From: Felis catus
Lineage: Eukaryota
Reading direction: 5' to 3'
DNA length: 64,000 nt
Assembly: GCF_018350175.1 (NCBI RefSeq)
Contig: NC_058368.1
Location: forward strand, 45,324,001 to 45,388,000
Under the pieces are notes generated by a model. The model was given only the letters and a program-made list of their open reading frames with translations. It was not told where the DNA came from and did no database searches. Below, in pieces: positions 51,868 to 64,000 of this stretch. The number at the start of each line of letters is the position of its first letter. The first letter of the stretch is position 1. A program made the position numbers and the translations under genes.

Positions 51868-52083
51868 TCTTTATTGTTTTTTAATGTTTATTTATTTTTT
51901 AGAGAGAGAGAGACAGAGTGGGAGTGAGGGAGGGGCAGAGAGAGAGGGAGACAGAATGCAAAGCAGGCTGCAGGCTCTGAGCTGTCTGCACAGAGCCTGA
52001 TGCAGGGCTTAAACTCACAAGCCTTGCGATCAGCGACTGAGCTGAAGTCTGACACTCAACCGACTGAGCCACCCAGGCGCCCC
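51868..52083 (-). mobile_element. Can-SINE
   Basis: T-tail, (GA)n, ends GAGCCACCCAGGCGCCCC. Confidence 0.95.
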
Positions 52084-53006
52084 TCTTTGCGAAGTTTTAA
52101 AGTTATTTTCTTAAACTATTTTCAGGAAGGAAAGGCCAGGAAAATCATGCTTCATTGCCCTCAAAAGTATATACATTGTGATTACTTTTCGTTTCCTCAA
52201 CCCCACTAGTCCTTTGTTGAAAAGACTTAAGTATAGATGCAAAATTCTAACAAAACATCAGTTTGTAAATATTTTTCAGCATTTCCACCAGAACTAGACC
52301 AGTCTGTTTTGCTTCCCAGGTGGGTACCTCCAATGTCATAAGGCAAAGGGACAAACTCTAGGTCTTCTCTTTCTCTTGTGAATGTGAATAAAAGGAGCAT
52401 GTCCTGTTCTCCTTATGTTTGAGTGTGAGGAATAGGTTACTTACCCCAGCGTCACCTCAACTGCATATTAATAAAGCCAACTGTGGACGGCAGAGTGAGA
52501 CAACAAAGATTCACATGCAAAACCTTCCAGATATTGCAAGTCAGATTTTCCATATCCTAAAGGGTAGCATGAGAAACGTGCATTGTTCCCCCTGGTTAAC
52601 TCCTTGACTAAACAGCCACATGAATAAGCTTGTAGGTGAGTGAGTTTCTTCTCCTTCTCTCCTTTCTCCTGCTTAAGTGAATGTGCTAATTCTGTAATTC
52701 AAGAGAGAAAATACAGTTGCAAGATTCTTAATTGTATATAAATCAATAGGACTTTTGCTGGTGACAACTCAAGCACATAGTGTTGGTGGCATAGAGGTGA
52801 TGACCAGCTACAAGCAGTGTATTTGCACGTCAATAGCAATGCTATAACTACCAGAGCAAGTTAACTGAAAAGGATAATTTATTTCTGGGATTGATTTCCA
52901 TGGTCTTTAATGAGTTTGGGGAAAGCAATTTTTCTTTGTTAATACTGAAGTTAATGTTATGTATCCTTAGCTTCAAACAGTGTATGTGAAAGGTGTACTT
53001 CAGAGG

Positions 53007-53276
53007 TATATGTATATATACACACATATACACATATATGTGTGTATATATACACGTATATACATACATTTATGTATATATGTGTGTATATATATACACA
53101 CATATATACATACATATATACATACATGTATATATATACACACATATACATACATACGTGTATGTGTGTATATATACACATATACATGTGTGTGTATATA
53201 TACACACACAATACACATTTATGTGTATATATATATATTTACATATATACATATACAATATATATGTATATATACA
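53007..53276. repeat. Alternating purine-pyrimidine (TA/TG/CA) tract
   Basis: Directly visible. Confidence 0.97.
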
Positions 53277-54094
53277 AAACACAAAATAACAAAGTTCTAT
53301 ATACAGGCAGGCAAATGATACTACACGCTCAATGTTTCCATTTCTTTGCTACTGTCTGGCTGGATGATGCAACTTTGAAATGTCAAGCATCCAAACTTCA
53401 GATCTGCATTTTCAATAGCATCTATGTTTCGTTTAAACTTTATCCTGGTCAGTTAAAAACATGCTGCATCTTATTTCCTCTAGTTTTGCATCTTAAAAGG
53501 CTCATATTCAAACACGGCCATATGACCAAAAGTGTGTTTTATAATACTGCTTCTATTTAAATTTCTTACCTAAAAGAAATGAAAGTGTTTTCAGACCATA
53601 TAAATCTTTTGCCTTTTACTAAAAGAAATGAAAATGTATATTTTTATTCAGGCTGTACCATTTTTGCAGTTTGAATATCATTTAATATTCACTTAAGACC
53701 GTATATTAAAAGTTAACTCTAATTTTCTTTAATTGATGCATATTTTCATATAGAAAAATTAGAGTGTTATTACTGGATAATTTGTTTACTTCTTTCTGGT
53801 CTCAGAGCTGTTTTGTGAAATGTCCTATTACTTACATATTTTTTCTGGCAACGTGGTTTTTTTTTTTCAACGTGGTTTTTAACTACACTTGGAAAGCCAT
53901 ACACAATTGGATATTGAGCACAATTTGGCTACCTGATGATAGATTCAAGGTATTCAGTTATTTAGAAAAAAGTGAAGAAAATAATGAGAACTTTCTTAAA
54001 AATGGGTGCATTGGTAGGGTCCCTCTGCCAAGATTCCTATATTTTTACCAGTTGAGCGTTCATGTATATTTAAGTTAAGACCTAAAGTACTATC

Positions 54095-54326
54095 GGGGCA
54101 CCTGGGTGGCTCAGTCGGTTAAGTGTCTGACTTCGGCTCAGGTCATGATCTCACGGTCTGTGGGTTCAAGCCCCGCATCCGGCTCTGTGCTGACAGCTCA
54201 GAGCCTGGAGCCTGTTTCAGATCCTGTGTCTCTCTCTTTCTCTGACCCTCCCCTGTTCATGCTCTCTCTCTGTCTCAAAAATAAACAAATGTTAAAAAAA
54301 AATTTTAAAAATTAAAAAAAAATAAA
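54095..54326 (+). mobile_element. Can-SINE
   Basis: 18-bp TSD AAGAC(C/T)TAAAGTACT(A/G)TC at 54077-54094 and 54327-54344. Confidence 0.97.
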
Positions 54327-55288
54327 AAGACTTAAAGTACTGTCTTTAGGAATATGGCTTAAAGTCTTACTAGGAATAAGCCCATGTTTCTCAAACTGGG
54401 ACATCAATCTCCCTTCTGATTGATAGAGCATTTTGTTGAGCATAAATATAGAAGAATAACTTGGCAGAATTTTTCTGGAATGAAAATTTTACTAAACGGT
54501 GAGCAATTTTTAAGGAATGTAATCATAACAAATATTACTGTACATAGAAGATAGTTGACTATAAAATGCACATTAATTTTTAAGTGAATCATTAGAAATC
54601 TCATAGCAATTGTAGGAATTTTTGGATTGTGTCCCTAATCCCAGTCCAATTCCCACTCATCTCCCTCCTTGCCATTACCATTTAGCCACAGGTGCAAAAC
54701 ATCAAGATTAAATAAGTCCTAAACTCAAAATCCTGAAATGGGTTTAAGTTGTAAAGAAATTAAAATAATTTTTCTTAGTCACAAGTGGCATCCCCCCCTT
54801 GTGTCCCCTTCATCTTGTTTCTGCAAATAATGTAGGATTTCACAATATTCGTAGGATCTTGTACTATTCATTGTTACTAGTTACCAACATGGGTATTTGT
54901 GGCCATTCATTAACACCTACATTCCAAAGCAGTTGCAATGTGTTGGACACATGCCAACTTTAATGAGATTTTTTCATACACAATGAACTGAGCAATCAAC
55001 TTGGAGACAGAATCATGTATATTGAAGCAAGAAAAAAAGACAAGAACAAGGGATGATATGGAAAGAGAATGCTTGTACTGGAGAAGCTTTCAGATGCTCA
55101 AGAAGAAAAGAAACAACATATTTGCTTGAGCACATCATACACCCACTCACTCATGTTCAAGGCTATGTCTCAAAGATGCATTTGACATCTGCACAGGCCT
55201 CTCTGCATTCAGTCAATCCCAAGAATAAGCATCCAATACCAGACAAATAAATCTCTCCTACACAAATCCACAGGCCTTTACATGAACG

Positions 55289-55290
<2 letters not shown>

Positions 55291-55338
<48 letters not shown>
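55291..55338 (+). repeat. (CA)24 microsatellite
   Basis: Directly visible. Confidence 0.98.
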
Positions 55339-55343
<5 letters not shown>

Positions 55344-57269
55344 TTCTACATAATTTCTAAGAAACTTTACTGTTAGTTAACAAAATAGCATAGCCTGCGA
55401 CACAAGAGAGGAAAGAAAACACTAAGTCTTTGAAAGAAGGTATGAAAGGAAATTACTAATGGGGAAACAACTACCAGTTAATGAGAACAAAAGATGACTT
55501 GTGAGACCAAGAAAAAGCCTCTGAATTTAATTCAATATTTATTGAATACCTACTATGCACGTGGCCCGTTACAAATTTCTCATTCCCTGGAAACTTCATG
55601 CCACTATGTTTAGGTCTGGCTACTTGCTTTTGGTGAAACAAAACCTAATTGTGCAAACATGGATAAGGGTCTTTGAGAAAGTATTTAATCTCTGAGTCAG
55701 AAAAGTCTAAAGACCTAAACTAGTAACAGTACAAGTCGTTATCACGACAACCACCACCACCACCAACAACTCCAATAACTTCTTTCTGTTAACTTTTAAA
55801 AGTATGCCAGTTGACAAGCTACATGTTGAGAAAATCTACCTTTGGTCATCACTGAAGGAGAAAGACTAAAGAATATTAGGAAAAATTCAGCCAAAGAATG
55901 TCTTCTTTTCATCAAATTTCTTCTCAGACATTGTCAAAATGACCTAAACAAATATTGTCACAAATTTCACAAGGCAATATTAATCATAATTATTTAAATG
56001 TTTACATGCATTGACAGGTGACTATCTCATCTGCTATTTATTCTTAAAAATAAAATTATATAGATGATTTAAAAAGTAGTTGATAATATTCTTTATCCTT
56101 TTCCCATTTATAAGAGAATCTCAAATACGTCTTCCTTTCTTATAATTATTGCTCTTTTTATATGTTTGTCATAGTCACTGTAATTCTTCTGAAGTTATCC
56201 AGTCTGGGTGTAGCACTGTGTTTATGATGGTTTCACTGGCAATTATTACAGCATTTACTTGTTGTGGTATGTTAGTGTCCTTTACTACTTAAGAATGAGA
56301 ATGATTATTACTACTAGTTTATAATTAATGCACAATTGATCAAACACATAATGCAATACATCAAATGTCCAACACTGATATAATAGTTAAGCTTTTAATC
56401 AAATTATCTTCAATATTTCAAATTAACAACATGAGCCTAAAATATTATTCTCCTTAATGTTCAAAAAATTTAAGTAACTCAACAAACATATAAATGAACA
56501 GGGTACTAATGAAAATATTATCTCTAAAAGTAGCACTATGTAAATATGAATGCAATTAAATTCATTTCAAGTTCAGCTCTTTAGCCAACAAAGGTGAGGA
56601 AATTTTCTATCTCAACTCTGTTGAGATTTCAATATCAGAAATTTGTAGCCAGCATATGGTTGTAAGTAACTTGTAGGATAACTTCACCATAATCAGCAAT
56701 TAATGGAGTAGCTCAATCAAGGTCACGCTTTGCCAGTTACACTAATGGGGCAAATGTACCCCATGTTTCACATTTGGGTCCTGTATCCTCACAATTAAAT
56801 TTCTTGAAATCTGGTATATTACACGCTCATTGGGCATCCTTACACTTTGTTCTTGGTCAGTTTTACTTTGATCAACTTTTAAACACAACTTTCTATAGCA
56901 GCCTCTTTTAATAATTTGTGTAGTAACTTCTTAAACATCTTTTATTCCTTCTACTGAGTTAATTGAATTCAAAAATCATCTAATTTTGATTTCAACTCAC
57001 ATAATCTTTAATAGAAGTCTTCCTATCACTGCACTTTCTTATTTAACTAATTCAAAGATCAATCAATAGATATTCTATTGACAACTTTTAAGGCTATTTT
57101 AACTTAAAAAATGGATAACTGTGCTTTCCTATAAGTTTATACTTTGTTTCTCCAATTTTAGTATTTCAGCTAGCCCCTATTCCGAGTGATAGATATCTTC
57201 ACCCCACAATTTTTTGTCTCACACTCAAACTCTATAATTCATAATCACAGATTTTTTAGCATGAGATAT

Positions 57270-57392
57270 ATATTGTTGCACAAATCTCATTTTATGGATA
57301 AGGAAATGGTCTGAGAGATTTAGTGATATGTTTCAAATCACTCTTGAATGGTTGAACCAGGACCAAAGGTCAACTCTCTTAACTCCTAGTAG
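57270..57392 (-). mobile_element. MIR relic
   Basis: CTCATTTTATGGATAAGGAAATGGTCTGAGAGATTTAGTGA...TAACTCCTAGT. Confidence 0.65.
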
Positions 57393-57402
57393 AAGGGTTT
57401 TT

Positions 57403-57922
57403 GAGGTTCTAGTCCAAGATGGCAACATAGGAGGCTCCTGAATTTACCTTTTGCATGGACACATCAAATGAACAACTGCAAATGGAGCAATTTCTTCTGA
57501 ATGAAATCCAGAAGCTAGCTCAGTGACACTTACATATCAGGCAAATGAAGAAATGCTTCTATCAAAACTGGTAGGAAAGGTTGAGACACACTCTCATCCT
57601 AAACCCTACCCCAGCACAGAGCCATATACTTAAGGAGGGAACTCAAAGCTCTCAGTTTGCCCCTGAGAAGAAGGTTGCATCCCACATCTGGCTCCCTAAC
57701 TTTTAAAGTTCATTCTGAGAGACAGGCTCGCAAAACACCTAACTCTGAAAGCCAATTATTTGCCTTGCATCCATGAGGTCCACAAAGCTATAGAAAACTA
57801 AGAAACAGTTCTTGATGAGCTTGTTTGGACTCACCAAGGCTGTCCCCCCAGAGCTCTCAGAGCTCGACATAAAGGCAAAAGCTGAAAACCCATTCTCTCC
57901 CTGAAGGAGGCCTATTTGCTTA
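57403..57922 (+). mobile_element. L1 5'UTR fragment
   Basis: Begins ...CCAAGATGGC (YY1-type L1 start motif, ~57414-57423), then GGAGGCTCCTGAA...GGACACATCAAA typical of L1M2/L1M3-like 5' ends. Confidence 0.7.
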
Positions 57923-57984
57923 AGAAAGTTTAACAAGGTTGCAATATTTATGATGAGTATACAGAAGTAAATTGTATTCATGCA

Positions 57985-58212
57985 CTTAGGAGAGTCAATT
58001 GTTTTCTTTTTATCTTTTTTTTACAAAAAAATCATAGTAAGTAAATATGTGGTAGTATCTCATTGTGGATTTAATTTGCATTTCTCTAATGACTAGTGAT
58101 GTTGAGACTTGAAATATGCTGGTAGCCTTTAGTATAACTTCTCTGGTGAACTCTGTGCAGATTCTTGAGATATTTTTAGTTGCAATATTTGCTTTCTTAT
58201 TATGAAGTTTAC
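57985..58212 (-). mobile_element. Inverted L1 ORF2 segment
   Basis: GTAGTATCTCATTGTGGATTTAATTTGCATTTCTCT; minus ORF contains SLVIREMQIKSTMRYYH (L1 ORF2 motif). Confidence 0.8.
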
Positions 58213-59190
58213 AGACAAAAAGAAAATTGTTCATGACTAACCTCAGGCCAGAAACAAAGCAGATGTTTGTCAAAATGGGGGGATCAATGAACACTGGTAT
58301 ACCCACGCAATGGAATATTAGTAATAAAAATGGACAAACAGCTGATTCAGGCAAAACAGAGATGCATCTTAAACGCATTGAGCTAAGCAAAACCAGCCAA
58401 ATCCAAATGCTACCTGATGGATGACTCCATTTATATGACAATCTAGAAAAGGCAACAGAACGGAAAAGAAAACAGGTCAGCTCTTGTTAGATGCTGCAAA
58501 TGGAAAGAGGGGATAATAATAGAAGGGCAATATCAAGGGATGTGGGGAGCAATAGAACAATTCTGTATGGGGGAGAGAGCACTGCATGTTTTCACCATAA
58601 TCTTTAGAGCTTAATACTTTATTTTTTTAAGTTTGTTTATTTATTTTGAGAGAGGCAGAGATGGTACAATTCGGGGAGGGTCAGAAATCCCAAGCAGGCT
58701 CCATGCTGCCAGTGCGGAGCCTGGCATGGGGCTTGAACCCCCTAAACCATGAGATCATGACCTGAGCTGAAACCAAGAGTTGAATACTCAACCGTTATCC
58801 AGGTGCCCCAAAAGCTTAATACTTTAAAGAGTGAGATTACCTGTATGCAAAGTAAAAAAAAAAAAAAAATCATCCCATAAGTCTGGAGAACTCGAAATGA
58901 ACAATGTGACTGCTCAATTGATACAGGGTGGAAAACACTAAGAATAAGACTAAACGCAGGTTTTTGCCCAAAATTGGATAAAATCAGTAGAAAAAATGAG
59001 GAAATCCAAGAAAGTCTGTACTTTAGTTAATAGTACTATACTGATGTTATTTCCTTAGTTTTGATATTTCTGCCTTAGTTATGAAATATATTAATATTAG
59101 GAGAAGCTGGGTGAAGAGCACATTAGAACTCGGTACTGTCTTTATATCACTTCTGTAAGTAAAATTATTTCAAAATAAAACATTAAAAAT
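58213..59190 (+). mobile_element. Old L1M 3' end (ORF2 C-terminus and 3'UTR), interrupted by a SINE
   Basis: GGTATACCCACGCAATGGAATATTA, GATGACTCCATTTATATGACAATCTAGAAAAGGCAA, terminal AAATTATTTCAAAATAAAA. Confidence 0.8.
58622..58809 (-). mobile_element. Can-SINE
   Basis: TSD AGCTTAATACTTTA at 58608-58621 and 58813-58826. Confidence 0.93.
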
Positions 59191-60189
59191 ACTTAATCAA
59201 CCTTTCTGAAGAGGTTCAATTCTAGGATACCTTCCCCCCCACCCCCCGCCAAATTATATAAATTATTTTTCAACAAACATTTGTTTTGCTACAGCCATGA
59301 GGTAGTATCCAGAATCTAAACTTCCATAAATGTATTTAATTATTTGGAAATAGCCACAGAATATTGGAAAGGATTATATTTCCACTCACACCGGCTGTGA
59401 ATTATGGTCTTAAAGAAAGGTAATTTAAGAGATTTTCAAAATGTTTAAAATATTTTCAGTGATTTTTCATACAAATCTATAAGCATATATTTCAGATAAC
59501 GTAATGCATGCAACTCACTCTTACTGAAGCATTAACTACATGATTTGAGCTTTGAAATTATGACATGTATTCCTCCTCATGTATATATTCTTGATGTAAA
59601 TTTACTTTGTGAGGAGAAATTTAGTTGGTTCAGATGACTTTGGCTAATTTGCAAAGCCAGCCCTAATTATGTGCACTATATCAGTGGTTGAATATTACAT
59701 CTAGGAAGATGAAGTTTTTCCTCCAACTTAATAGGCCAATGAGAGTGTTTCTGTATGAAAGCCAACAAGTGTCATGAGGAAAAGAAGTTGTGTGTAGGAA
59801 CTAATTATGCCTTCACCAACTGAAGGATAGTCACAAATTATCGCCATGGTCTTAACTTGAGTGACAATAATGCAGCATCATTAAGTACTTTCTTAAATTC
59901 ATGTGTGAAACTGTGGCAGATGCTTTTACTATATACTAAAATGAATTATTTTCTGTCATATTTTTTAACATTTGAATTTTAAAAATCTTTTTTTTTTCAG
60001 TACTGGTTAAATATGCTTCAACAAAGAGAAAGGAGAAAATAAAGAAAAAACTAGGTCACAATGTGAATTTTAATTCAAAATTGTGGTTAATTATTACTAA
60101 CAATATTGATAACTGGCATTACTTTTTACCAAACACTAAGTTGTACTCAGTCTTCCAACCTACACAAATTATCTCAGTCATACTACATA

Positions 60190-60345
60190 ATAATAACCTC
60201 TTCAGGTAGGTTCCATAATTATCTTGATCCTACAAATTGGAAATTTAAAGCATAAGATATTACATAATTTGGCAAAGGGTACATAGATGAGGCAGAACTT
60301 CAGTCCAGAACCAGGGAAGTGAGAACTACGTTCTCACATTTACTG
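60190..60345 (-). mobile_element. MIR relic
   Basis: ATAACCTCTTCAGGTAGG...AATTTGGCAAAGGGTACATAG...GGCAGAAC. Confidence 0.55.
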
Positions 60346-60559
60346 TGTTATAATTTCTGCTTTATACTAAAGAACTGTCAGCTACTAGAAAAAGTTTAGT
60401 TACTAATAAAAAAAAGTGTAGTGACATGCACAGAAAATAACACCATTTTATGTTATTATAACTATTAAACACAAATAGTAATTAACATGACATATTATAA
60501 TAATGTGAAGATATGTGCTCATCACCTAAGTTGTTTTAGATATCACCAGTAGTTACATA

Positions 60560-61070
60560 TGATCTTTGGAAAATATATTTGTAGGCACTGGGGAGCAATA
60601 GAAGTATTTGAGTATGATGTAACCAGATTAAAGTTTTATTTTGTGAAAAATGCAGCGATGGTATTTTACAGGAGGGTTAAAAGGGAGAAAGAGTAGGAAA
60701 AGACTGACCAATTAGTAGGCTAATGAAGGATTCCAAGATGGACTGACAAAGCTGTGAATTAGAGAGACAGGAGATAGAATGAAAAGGCTGAACATATGCA
60801 GAGGACATGGATAATGAAGGATGCACATAACTTTGGACTGAAATATGAGGGAAGAGGGCAGTGAAATTATGGTGCTCAGAACGATATTGAAATTCCAAGC
60901 CTATAATAAGAAAAGGATGTTATCTCAAATACAGAGTCCATTTGTGAGACTCAGGCTTATATGAAAAAAAACATTTGATGACTGAGATGCTATACAGCAG
61001 AAAGAAAACCGGTTAATCATGTACTCGTGGGATAGTGATTTGGTAGCTATCCACATGGAGGTGAAACTGT
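60560..61070 (-). mobile_element. LINE-2 fragment
   Basis: TGTAGGCACTGGGGAGCAATAGAAG...GACCAATTAGTAGGCTA... Confidence 0.6.
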
Positions 61071-61089
61071 ATTAAAAATAAATTTTTCT

Positions 61090-61293
61090 GGGGCACCTGG
61101 GTGGCTCAGTCTGTTAAGTGTCCAACTTCATCTCAAGTCATGATCTCATGGTGCCTGGGTTGGAGCTCCGCATCAGGCTCTGCACTGACAGCATGGAACC
61201 TGCTGGGGATTCTCTCTCTTTCCCTCTCTCTCTGCTCCTCCTCCACTCTCTCTAGCTCTCTCTCTCTCTCTCCCTAGAAAATAAACATTTAAA
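61090..61293 (+). mobile_element. Can-SINE
   Basis: GGGGCACCTGGGTGGCTCAG head, CT tract, tail; TSD-like AAATT(T/A)TTCT. Confidence 0.95.
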
Positions 61294-61308
61294 AATTATT
61301 CTCACAGT

Positions 61309-61679
61309 TGTTAAAGCAACAACTTTAGTTGTTAAAGCAGTAACTTGTAGTTACTTAAGACTATTTCAATAGCAGAGACAGATTGAACTTGCATCTGAAT
61401 GCACAGAAAATTAAGAAGAGCAACTTGATTAGATACCAAGGAGAAAAAGATTCTTGCTAAACTGGTTTAACAGGATTCTTGCTAAAGGCAGGCCAAGGAT
61501 TTACAAATCAAGGGTAGGAGATGAAGAACTTGATCAGATATCTAGAGTTGCAGATTCTTCCTAAACTTAACTAGCAGTATTCTTCGCTAAGATTGACCTC
61601 AGCAGGCCAAGGTTGAGGCCTGGGCAAGAAGACAGCTCAAAGGAGTCTGACAAAATTTGGTTCAGGATAGAATCTGTCA
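61309..61679 (-). mobile_element. MER31-like ERV1 solo LTR
   Basis: Repeated GATTCTTGCTAAA motifs; minus strand starts TGACAGATTCTATCCTGAACCAAATTTTGTCAGACTCC as in recalled MER31. Confidence 0.75.
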
Positions 61680-62149
61680 ATATTTGAAGCCTTCGAAATG
61701 AATGAGTCTGCTAAGGGAAATCATGTGCAGACAAAAATAAAGAATTTAAGAAGCTGAAATAAAGGAATATATGTAAGAAATGCAATGATGACATACCTTA
61801 GTAAAAAATGTAGGCATAAAATATTATCAGGTTTGGGGGTAAAACAAGAGACTGGCATAGTCGTGAGTACTAAAGGGAAAATAAGGGAAATGTTCAGTAG
61901 CACAAATTAATGAATAAGAATTAGAACACCCCGGTAAAATCATGAAGAAAAAGAAGAAAGCCTAATTCAATGTGAGTTCTTGAAACTTCTAGAGAAATGA
62001 TTGTTTCTACAAATGCTAAATTGAGACACCAATTTGTGTATACCTCAAAGACAGATACTAGGCAATAAAATTTCCAGTCCTGTTACTGTTCTAATCAGGG
62101 CTCTTGGAAATCTCTTACATTTCCTTCTCCTGTCCCTCTGACATCCTCA

Positions 62150-62515
62150 AGCATAGACATATTTTTCTCTTTTTTATCCTGTTTTCTCTGCCAGAATTAT
62201 TAGTTTCTTACTGTCACCCATATTCGCCCAGTGAGCTCCTTCTCGTCCTTTGAATTGCAAGTCAAATATTACGTTTCTTTTTGACAGTAGTCTTGTTTCT
62301 TTATCTACACTATTAGCCTTTACCACCTATACAATTGCATAGGACATTGCTCACATTCCAATTTTTATATTGTTATTTATTGACTTTCCTAAATCTCCTA
62401 CTGCTCTGAATTTTTCAAGGACTCAGCAACATGCTTCATTTGTCATTCCACCATAAATAGAGAAGACAGATTTTGAATCAAATCAGGTACTCACTGATCA
62501 TTTGTTGAATAAATA
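62150..62515 (+). mobile_element. LINE-2 3' fragment
   Basis: CTCCTTCTCGTCCTT...CAAGTCAAATATTAC; CAGGTACTCACTGATCATTTGTTGAATAAAT tail. Confidence 0.6.
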
Positions 62516-64000
62516 ATATTGAAAAGCAAAATATGAAACAAAGGGGGATGGGAACCCCCTTTGCCTTAGTAATGGTCATTCTGGAAAAAAAAAAGAGATG
62601 TTGACTGTCTTATGTTTTTCACAGAAAAGCATAAAGCTTTCTTAAACCACGAAGGTACTGGACAAATAGTAAAGGCTGGATAACTAAGGGAATGAGAACT
62701 TAGAACACATAACCATTAAACAATGAATTCCAATTATCCACAGATCACTAAATTTCATTTGCAGATGCTAACTATTCACATCATACACTAAGCCATATCT
62801 CTTCTCACACAGATAGGTCATATTTAGCATAATTTATTCAGAATTGACAGCTCAAGTAATAAGGTATTTAGAGGAAGCGTACATCTTTTGGATACATGTA
62901 TGCATAAACTGCCTTATGATACGAAGGCTTCAGAGCACTTCGAGATTTAACTTTTAGATTTATAGTGACTTTATCTTTATGGTTCAATATTTATTAGAAA
63001 GTTTCAACTTATTATGAAAAAGGAGATTCATCCAAAAGTGACCAAGCTTGATTCAGACATTGTTTTACAGGAGGTAATATGATTCAGTTTTCCCTGGCTT
63101 GAGAATATCAACATCAAATAAACGTAGGAATGCCTGGTTCACTGTATCATCATATTACCTAGAAATTTTACTATCTGAAGACATAAAAAATGTATTAGAG
63201 ATGATGTGAAAATTAGTTACCCAGTATGGGTTAAATATATTTCTTTTATTAAATTGTAGATTGGTACACAAATTATAAATTATATACTTGTAGCAATAAC
63301 ATTATTATCTGGCAATCTCTTCTCACTATAGTCAAACCCTGAACTGAGCATGACTCCTTTTTCCCTTTCCAACATACTTGCTTCTCACTGACCACTGCTA
63401 CATGATTAAATCTCATGAAATCACTGTCTGTGGACTGCGTATTTCCTAAATACAGAGTTTTTGCAGGTTTTCTACACTTTGATATCCCTGGGCTGTGGAA
63501 TATTGACCTGCCAGTGCTAGCTTCCCAATAGATATTCTACAAGAAATATTTATTAAGCGATTTCTAACTTACATTTGGTCATGATTTATCAGTTTAGATG
63601 GATTGTTTCTGTATATCAGTATTGATACAAAAACTATTAAGAATTCTTATTCCTCTCAAATTATTCAGTAGAAAGTATTTAAAATAATATGTCCTGAACC
63701 CATTGCTATATTTCTCTTCCTTTTTTCCCAGCGTACATACTGATGAAAATTCAGGAACTGTCTTGAGTGATACTCAAGTGAGAACAAGTTCCATCAGAAC
63801 TTTGCAGAATGCCTTCGTTGGTGTTGAAAGGAACAATCCAAATGACAGCCCTGCCTTAGTTTAAAGCTAGGTTCTCTTTTCTGCTTATTATGGATCTTTG
63901 ATAAGAAATACAATTGCTGAGAAGTCTGTTTTGCTTGCTGTTTGCTACGAGCATTGTGAGGCCTTTTCTGAATGTAACCCGCTGTGTAGTAGAATGGGTT

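Noticed and set aside
52848..53560. Overlapping ORFs up to 172 aa
   Set aside because: Same artefact from the second RY tract.
63738..63800. C/D-box snoRNA (TGATGA plus stem)
   Set aside because: No correctly placed CTGA D box with a terminal stem at snoRNA length on either strand.

Overview
AT-rich, CpG-poor mammalian non-coding DNA (intergenic or deep intron) from a felid. The evidence for a cat-family origin is 24 tRNA-derived Can-SINEs of the felid SINEC_Fc type and a felid-type L1 3' end. I recognise no protein-coding gene, RNA gene or CpG island. The supplied ORFs are translations of SINEs, microsatellites or decayed L1/LTR sequence. The window is a layered record of transposition: old eutherian L2, MIR, L1M, Tigger/Tc2 DNA transposons and ERV1/ERVL/MaLR LTRs, then carnivore L1 and LTR copies, then young felid SINE, L1 and solo-LTR insertions with intact target-site duplications (TSDs). 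I found no new biological system. The observations most worth following up are: a probable retroposed non-L1 3' end (orphan transduction or retrocopy) splitting an L1 ORF1 relic at 5036-5431; a young CpG-rich solo LTR at 29033-29371; a 38-bp palindromic minisatellite within a 650-bp RY tract; an NFI/SOX motif cluster at 12.4-13.3 kb; a closely spaced inverted SINE pair; and a candidate exon near 63.7 kb. Repeat family names come from recalled consensus sequences, not a database search, and boundaries of old elements are approximate.
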